Part shown: positions 58,496 through 64,000 of the stretch, piece by piece
Layout of the letters: each line of letters begins with the position of its first letter
Position numbering within the stretch: the first letter of the stretch is position 1
Source: Pseudomonadota bacterium
GTDB taxonomy: Bacteria; Pseudomonadota; Gammaproteobacteria; Xanthomonadales; Xanthomonadaceae
Direction of reading: 5' to 3'
Assembly: GCA_049324395.1 (NCBI GenBank)
Contig: JBMOOY010000056.1
Location: forward strand, 518 to 64,517
Length of the DNA: 64,000 nt
Translations under genes and position numbers: made by a program
The notes under the pieces: model-generated
Told to the model about the DNA's origin: nothing
Database searches by the model: none
The model's input: only the letters and a program-made list of their open reading frames with translations

Positions 58496-59897
58496 TGCGG
58501 GCGAGGACGACGATCTGGCCGTTGCTGAAGGTCGACCAGGCCGGGCTGCGCACGATGTTGCCGAAGCCGTCGATGCGCAGGGTGCCGGTGGCACCGTCGA
58601 TCTTGCCGTTGGCGTCGCCGGCGAGGCGTTCGAGATAAGCGGTCAGCAGCCAGGCGTCGTAACCGAAGGCGAACAGCTTGGCCGCCGGGCCGCGGGCGGT
58701 GTTGAGCCCCTTGCCGGTGGCGTCCGCCGGCGGCAGGCCGGGCACGCCCTGGACGGTCCAGGTTTCGGCCGGGAACGCGATGCCGTCGAGGGCCTTGTCC
58801 TGCTCCGGCTTGCCGGTGCCCGACAGCAGCTGCGCGGTGGCCACGCGCGGTTTCGCGCCGAGGCCGGCGGCGGCGAGTTGCGGCGCGAGCGCGCGCGCCT
58901 GCGCCCCCTTCAGCGCGAAGAACACCGCGTCGACGCCGCCGTCCTTCTGCGCCGCGGCCTGCAGCGCGGCGGTGCTGTCGGCCGGTTTGTCGGCGATCGT
59001 GAGGGTTTCCACCACGCTGCCGCCGCGGCTGGAAAGATGTTCGCGGAACGCGGCGACGCTGCGGCGCATGCCGTCGTCGGCGCCGACCAGCACCAGCACC
59101 CGACGCGCCTTGCGCGAGATGAGGAATTCGGCGGCGGCGATGCCGTCGTCTTCCGGCGCCAGCGCGAAGCTGGCGTTGCCGTTCGGCGGCGCGGTCGGTC
59201 CGCGGTTGAGCGCCAGTACCGGCACCGTCAGCTGCGCGTCCTTGAACAGCGCGCCGACCTCGTCGCGGCCGAGCGGGCCGAGGATGTAATCGGCGCCTTC
59301 GCCGGTCGCCTTCTGGTAGGCGGACACCGCACCCGCCGGGGTGCCGGTGGTGTCGTAGAAGACGATCTCGGGGCGCTGCCGGTGCTCGCCGTAGTAGCCG
59401 GCCAGCAGGCCGTCGCGTACCGGCGAGGCGGCGGTGGCGAGGTTGCCGGTCAGCGGGAGCAGGACTGCCAGCCTGCGCGGCGGGCGGTAGCCGTCGCGGT
59501 CCGCGGGCGCGCGATCGCCGGCGTTGAAGCGCCAGTCGCCTTCGCGGTCGAACGGCCGCGGCAGCGGCAGGCCGCGACGCAGGAGTTCGCGGCCGACGAA
59601 GTTGTAGAGGGTGTCGCCCTGGCCGATCATCGCCGCCTCGGTGCTCAGGGTGGCGTTGTCGAGGCCGGCGATCAGGCGCTCGATCTCGCGCGCGGCGTCG
59701 ACCTTGGCCTGCCCGGAGAGACTCTGGTGGTTCTTCGCCAGGGCCGAGGCCTGGACGATGGCGGGGTTCGCGCGATGGACCGCCGGCTTGTTCGGCCGGG
59801 TCTGGGTGGGAACGCAGGCCGACAGGCCCAGGGTCATGAGACCGGCGCAGAGCAGCCCGGAACACAGCCTCGCCATCGCCTTCCGCTTCGTCGACAT
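58485..59897 (-). CDS. lpoA: Penicillin-binding protein activator LpoA (LppC) lipoprotein
   Basis: Lipobox [35 protein letters not shown]. Divergent from rsmI. Confidence 0.88.
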   Translation of the reverse strand: MSTKRKAMARLCSGLLCAGLMTLGLSACVPTQTRPNKPAVHRANPAIVQASALAKNHQSLSGQAKVDAAREIERLIAGLDNATLSTEAAMIGQGDTLYNFVGRELLRRGLPLPRPFDREGDWRFNAGDRAPADRDGYRPPRRLAVLLPLTGNLATAASPVRDGLLAGYYGEHRQRPEIVFYDTTGTPAGAVSAYQKATGEGADYILGPLGRDEVGALFKDAQLTVPVLALNRGPTAPPNGNASFALAPEDDGIAAAEFLISRKARRVLVLVGADDGMRRSVAAFREHLSSRGGSVVETLTIADKPADSTAALQAAAQKDGGVDAVFFALKGAQARALAPQLAAAGLGAKPRVATAQLLSGTGKPEQDKALDGIAFPAETWTVQGVPGLPPADATGKGLNTARGPAAKLFAFGYDAWLLTAYLERLAGDANGKIDGATGTLRIDGFGNIVRSPAWSTFSNGQIVVLARSGD

Positions 59898-59978
59898 CGC
59901 CGCAACCTGAGGGGGAACGGCTACGATTCTACCCGCACGACCCCACCCGTTCACCCCGAAACCGAGCCGCTGCCCGCC

Positions 59979-60842
59979 ATGTCCAGTCCCACCGCCGCGG
60001 GCGCCGCCGGAACCTCCGGCGCCCCGGGAACGCTCTTCGTGGTCGCGACGCCGATCGGGAACCTCGGCGACCTGTCGCCGCGGGCCCTCGACACCCTGCG
60101 TACGGTGGCCGCCGTCTGCGCCGAGGACACCCGCCACACGCGCCAGTTGCTCGCCCACTACGGCATCGAGCAGAGCCTCATCGCGCTGCACGAGCACAAC
60201 GAGTCCGGGCTGGCCGAACGCATCGTCGCCCGTCTGCGCGGCGGGGATTCGCTGGCGCTGGTGTCGGATGCGGGCACGCCGCTGGTCAGCGACCCCGGCT
60301 TCCGGCTGGTCGCCGCCGCCCGCGCCGCGGGCCTGCGGGTCAGTCCGATCCCCGGCCCGAGCGCCCTGATCGCCGCGCTCAGCATCGCCGGACTCCCCAG
60401 CGACCGGTTCGCCTTCGAGGGCTTCCTTCCGGCCAAGGCCGGCGCGCGCCGGGAGCGTCTGGCCCGTCTCGCCGGCGAGCCCCGCACCCTGATCTTCTAC
60501 GAGGCCTCGCACCGGATCGAGGAGACCCTGGCCGATGCCGTGACGGCGTTCGGACCGGATCGCCCGGCGGTGGTCGCGCGCGAACTGACCAAGCTGTTCG
60601 AGACCGCGCTCGATGGCACCCTCGCCGCGCTGCACGCGCGGGTCGCCGCCGATGCCGACCAGCGCAAGGGCGAATTCGTGCTCCTGATCCAGGGCGCGGC
60701 CGACGAGGCCGCCGCGAAACTGGCCGAAGGTCGCCGCGTCTACGCCAAACTCAGCGAACACCTGCCGCCGTCCACCGCCGCGAAACTGGCCGCGGAACTG
60801 ACCGGGGCGTCGAGGAAGGATCTCTACGGCGCAAGAGAATGA
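59979..60842 (+). CDS. rsmI: 16S rRNA (cytidine1402-2'-O)-methyltransferase
   Basis: LFVVATPIGNL, AEDTR, LVSDAGTP.VSDPG, RELTKLFE. Confidence 0.98.
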   Translation: MSSPTAAGAAGTSGAPGTLFVVATPIGNLGDLSPRALDTLRTVAAVCAEDTRHTRQLLAHYGIEQSLIALHEHNESGLAERIVARLRGGDSLALVSDAGTPLVSDPGFRLVAAARAAGLRVSPIPGPSALIAALSIAGLPSDRFAFEGFLPAKAGARRERLARLAGEPRTLIFYEASHRIEETLADAVTAFGPDRPAVVARELTKLFETALDGTLAALHARVAADADQRKGEFVLLIQGAADEAAAKLAEGRRVYAKLSEHLPPSTAAKLAAELTGASRKDLYGARE

Positions 60843-61567
60843 CGCGTCCGGCGCAGAAAGAGTTGGAGAGGAGGCAGCTGGCGCTCGCAATGCGGGTGTG
60901 TCCCGACCTGTTGCCGATCGACATCGACATCAGGAATGGCAACGAAAAGAATGAGCCAGATTTTATTGTGAGACTGGCTTCTGGACGAAGCATCGGGATC
61001 GAATTGACTTCGCTGAGGGATCGACAGGAAGTCGATGGTTACGTTCCTTCCCAGTTGGAAGCTGCGCGGGATCGCATCGTTTTTCGAGCGATAGAGTTGT
61101 ATCAGGCTGCAGGAGGGCGGCCTGTTTGTGTCAATGCATACATCGACGAAGGCCCTTATGAGGTCGAATCTGTTGCGCAGTACTTGGCGGCAATGGTCTT
61201 AAATCATGCTGCGGACGGAATTTGCGTGAGTGCATGGCCGGCATGCGGTGCACCTGCAAGTATCCATATCTCCGTATGGCCTTGCGGCGAACATGAGCGC
61301 CTTTGGCGGTTGAGCGCTGTGGGAGAAACCAAGTGTCTTACGCAGCAGGTCATTCAGGATGCGGTCGAAATAAAAGAACGGAAAGTCTCAAGGAATCCAT
61401 ATGAATCAGGACTCGATGAGTTGTGGCTTCTGGTTGTGGCCACGATGTTCCCATCGTCCTCGGACTTCGTTTTTCCATCAGATACCGCGGAATGGTCGAT
61501 CGTTCATTCGTCTTTTCATCGTGTTCTTGTGTTGAGTCAAGGCGATTGGAAGTTGCTGTCTTTCTAG
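60839..61567 (+). CDS. Low-GC hypothetical protein with a PD-(D/E)xK-like nuclease signature
   Basis: EPDF(IVRLASGRS)IGIELT. Visibly AT-richer codons (GAA, ATT, AAT, TTT) than neighbours. ATGA overlap with rsmI. Confidence 0.68.
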   Translation: MTRPAQKELERRQLALAMRVCPDLLPIDIDIRNGNEKNEPDFIVRLASGRSIGIELTSLRDRQEVDGYVPSQLEAARDRIVFRAIELYQAAGGRPVCVNAYIDEGPYEVESVAQYLAAMVLNHAADGICVSAWPACGAPASIHISVWPCGEHERLWRLSAVGETKCLTQQVIQDAVEIKERKVSRNPYESGLDELWLLVVATMFPSSSDFVFPSDTAEWSIVHSSFHRVLVLSQGDWKLLSF

Positions 61568-61642
61568 GAGGGCATCATCGGCGTCGCTCTGATGAGGGCG
61601 GCGCCCGTCTCGTTAAATGTTCATCTTCGTAGCGACCGAGGG

Positions 61643-61754
61643 TCAGTTCGCCCCGCGTTCCGCCAGCACCTTCGCGCAGGCCTTGTCTTCGATCGGGATG
61701 TGCCCCGACAGCCAGTGCTTGAGATGGTGCTGCAGGTCCTCGCCGAGGTTGTTC
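61643..61754 (-). pseudogene. Duplicated 3' fragment of the hemerythrin gene (112 bp)
   Basis: Aligns ungapped to 62946-63057 with 8 mismatches in 112 bp, 7 of them non-synonymous. Confidence 0.9.
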
Positions 61755-61798
61755 ACGAATGAACTCCGATGCGCGGCGTCCGCGTTCCGGTCGCCCGA

Positions 61799-62386
61799 TC
61801 AGCGCCGATACCGGTCCGCGGCATGCGATGGCGACCATGCCGCGGTCTTGTTCGGCCTGAACCCCAGTCCGCGCAACGCGCTCATCAACTCGGACTCTTT
61901 CACGGCCGCCAGCGGGCCCTTCGGCCTGATCGCCCACAGGTGCGCCTGTCGCGGCATCCGCTCCGCCATCGCCGGCAGCGCATCGAGCGCCTCGGGCGAA
62001 TCGAACAGCGCGAAGACCAGATCGGCTTCTTCGAGTGCGACGCGTCGACCCGGCATCGACGCCAGCGTCGCCAACGGCTCCGCCCGTTCGTCGATCACAT
62101 GGAGCGCCGCATCGTCGGAGAGGCCGAGCTTGTCGGCCAGCGTCGGCGGCGAGAGGATCTTCTTCAGCCACAGCGTCGCTTCGCGGGGCCCCAGCGCAAG
62201 CGCGAGTTCGCCGGCATCGGTGCGCGCGCGGAGGGTCCCGCCGTCCACCCGTGCCGCACGCAGGGTCGCCAATGGGAGATCCGCGCGGATGCCTCCGCGC
62301 AGTTGGATGCGATCGGACTCCAGCATCGCTTTCGTCTCGCCGGCTTCGGCGCCGAGCTCGCCATGACACAGTGCGGTACGTCCCAT
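61799..62386 (-). CDS. Hypothetical protein with DUF3052-like C-terminal domain
   Basis: PPTLADKLGL, LWAIRPKG, NKTAAWS. Family call tentative. Confidence 0.7.
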   Translation of the reverse strand: MGRTALCHGELGAEAGETKAMLESDRIQLRGGIRADLPLATLRAARVDGGTLRARTDAGELALALGPREATLWLKKILSPPTLADKLGLSDDAALHVIDERAEPLATLASMPGRRVALEEADLVFALFDSPEALDALPAMAERMPRQAHLWAIRPKGPLAAVKESELMSALRGLGFRPNKTAAWSPSHAADRYRR

Positions 62387-62409
62387 CGAACGCTCTCCGG
62401 TGTGGGGTC

Positions 62410-62874
62410 TCAGTCCGCGGATCCGGGCAATCGCCGCGCCGCGTCCGCCAGCAGGCGCAGCCCACGCACGGCGTCCGCGGCTTCTTCGGTCGGCATCGAG
62501 TCGAGCAGCGCGCGCAGGCGTCCGGCATCGAGAGGGGACTGCTCGGACAATACGTCCCGGCCGGCGTCGCTCAGGCGGATGCGTTTCCGGCGCTTGTCCT
62601 CCTGCTCGATCCCGACCTCGATCAGACCGAGCGATTCGAGTCGTTTGAGGTGCTGCGACAGGGATGCCTTTCCGATGCCGAGGTGTTTCGCCAGCGCCGT
62701 CGCCGCGATCCCCTCCGCGCCGTCGAGATGGGCGAGGATCCCGCTCTCGCGGTCCGTGATGCCCGAAGCATGGGGCGTCGCGCGGGTGCGATGCTCCCGA
62801 TGGCAGGCGAACCAGATCCGGGGATAGGCCTGCTGGATCGCGCGCACCCATGCGGTCGTGTCGGCGGTGGTCAT
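62410..62874 (-). CDS. MarR family transcriptional regulator
   Basis: LAKHLGIGKASLSQHLKRLESLGLI...DKRRKRIRLSDAG. Confidence 0.9.
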   Translation of the reverse strand: MTTADTTAWVRAIQQAYPRIWFACHREHRTRATPHASGITDRESGILAHLDGAEGIAATALAKHLGIGKASLSQHLKRLESLGLIEVGIEQEDKRRKRIRLSDAGRDVLSEQSPLDAGRLRALLDSMPTEEAADAVRGLRLLADAARRLPGSAD

Positions 62875-62945
62875 GCCGGGAGTGTTCCCGACCGGGGATC
62901 GTTCGTCAAAACGAACCATCTCGGGCCGTCTCCGCACGGGCGGCG

Positions 62946-63353
62946 TCAATTCGCCCCGCGTTCCGCCAGCACCTTCGCGTAGGCCTTGTCTTCGATCAGG
63001 ATGTGCTCCGACAGCCAGTGCTTGAGATAGCGCAGCAGGTCCTCGCCGACGTTGTTCTCGCCGTTGGCGTGTCTTCGCTCGCAATCCTCGATCATCCGGA
63101 CGAAGGCATGGTGCGCGCGGCCGTGGTCGTCGGCCTGCTCGTAACGGTAGACCTTGAACATGGCTTCTTCGTAGGCGAAATGGACGCGGGTGTAGTTGCG
63201 CAGTCGTTCCAGCACCTTCTGCACGGTGAAGCCGCCGCGGCCCTTGTCGATGGCATCGCCCAGCTCGTTGATGTAGCCGATCAGCAGGCGATGCTGGCGA
63301 TCCACCGACTCCAGCCCGACCGACAGGCCCGGCGACCATTCGAAGTACGTCAT
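62946..63353 (-). CDS. Single-domain bacteriohemerythrin
   Basis: W...SVG...VDRQH, HFAYEE, H...H, WLSEHILIED di-iron ligands. Confidence 0.94.
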   Translation of the reverse strand: MTYFEWSPGLSVGLESVDRQHRLLIGYINELGDAIDKGRGGFTVQKVLERLRNYTRVHFAYEEAMFKVYRYEQADDHGRAHHAFVRMIEDCERRHANGENNVGEDLLRYLKHWLSEHILIEDKAYAKVLAERGAN

Positions 63354-63420
63354 GCGGCTCCCCTCCCCGGGACGAACGACCAGTGTGCGGACGGTCGCTC
63401 GGTCGGCGCCTTGACCGGGG

Positions 63421-64000
63421 TCAATCGCTCGCGGGGACGCGTTCTCCCGCTGCCTTCGGGAGGGTGGCCGTTTTCGGAAGCGCGCTGCCGGCATCGCTCT
63501 CGGCCACCACCACCCGGTTGCGGCCCTGCTCCTTCGCCGCATAGAGCGCGCGGTCGGCGCGGATCAGCAGATGGTCGAAGTGCCCATCTTCCGGCACGAG
63601 ACAGGCGACGCCGACCGAGGCGGTCGGCGAGATCGTCGCCTCGCCGACGCGCACCGCGACGCCGGCCACCGCATGGCGCAGACGTTCGGCGGCGGCCTGC
63701 GCGTGCTCGGGACCGATGTCCTGCAGCAGTACGGCGAATTCCTCGCCGCCGTAGCGACCCAGCACGTCGCTGTCGCGACAGACCGCGCGCATCGCCTCGG
63801 CCACCGCCTTGAGCACTTCATCGCCGGCGGCATGACCGTGGCGATCGTTGATGCGCTTGAAGTGGTCGATGTCGACCACCGCCACCGCCAGCGGATGCGA
63901 GCCGTCGAGCGCCTGCGCCACCGCGGCGTTGCCGGCCTCGGTCAGATAGCGCCGGCTGCGGACGGCGGTGAGGAAATCGGTCGCGATCGCGATTTCCATC
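63421..64000 (-). CDS. Diguanylate cyclase (GGDEF), 5' end outside the window
   Basis: VVDIDHFKRINDRHGHAAGD, I-site RDSD, RYGGEEF, ADRALYAAK. Confidence 0.94.
   Translation of the reverse strand, partial: MEIAIATDFLTAVRSRRYLTEAGNAAVAQALDGSHPLAVAVVDIDHFKRINDRHGHAAGDEVLKAVAEAMRAVCRDSDVLGRYGGEEFAVLLQDIGPEHAQAAAERLRHAVAGVAVRVGEATISPTASVGVACLVPEDGHFDHLLIRADRALYAAKEQGRNRVVVAESDAGSALPKTATLPKAAGERVPASD

Noticed and set aside
60843-61800. RNase P RNA (rnpB), which often follows rsmI
   Set aside because: The GAGGAAAGTCC signature was not found. The near match at about 12078 is the dodecin ribosome-binding region.
61643-63057. Calling the repeat-flanked block an IS or prophage
   Set aside because: No transposase, integrase, terminal inverted repeats or phage genes.

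Overview
High-GC (roughly 70% by eye) bacterial chromosomal window. Gene content and order point to Xanthomonadaceae/Lysobacteraceae (Lysobacter-like): the xps type II secretion cluster, pilT-pilU beside yggS-proC, glyA-nrdR-rib-nusB-thiL, aroK-aroB-hemE, and yraN-lpoA-rsmI. Accessory genes are slotted into junctions of this housekeeping backbone. The main ones are: (1) a putative type IV secretion effector with a gluzincin HExxH motif, an XVIPCD-like domain and a C-terminal eukaryotic prenylation (CaaX) motif, KQSGGCVIL, lying behind a 14-bp tandem repeat; (2) a second XVIPCD protein with no recognisable toxin domain; (3) a four-gene operon of unknown function (DUF1611-like P-loop protein, ABC transporter whose ATPase motifs are all degenerate, alpha/beta hydrolase, OprO/P porin); (4) a minimal graspetide RiPP cluster between nusB and thiL; (5) a Sel1-like Cys-rich membrane protein inside the T2SS operon; (6) a low-GC PD-(D/E)xK-like gene after rsmI; (7) a two-gene block bracketed by a decaying duplicate of the 3' end of a hemerythrin gene. 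No rRNA, tRNA, CRISPR array, transposase or integrase was seen. All family assignments come from motif recognition by eye, without database searches.
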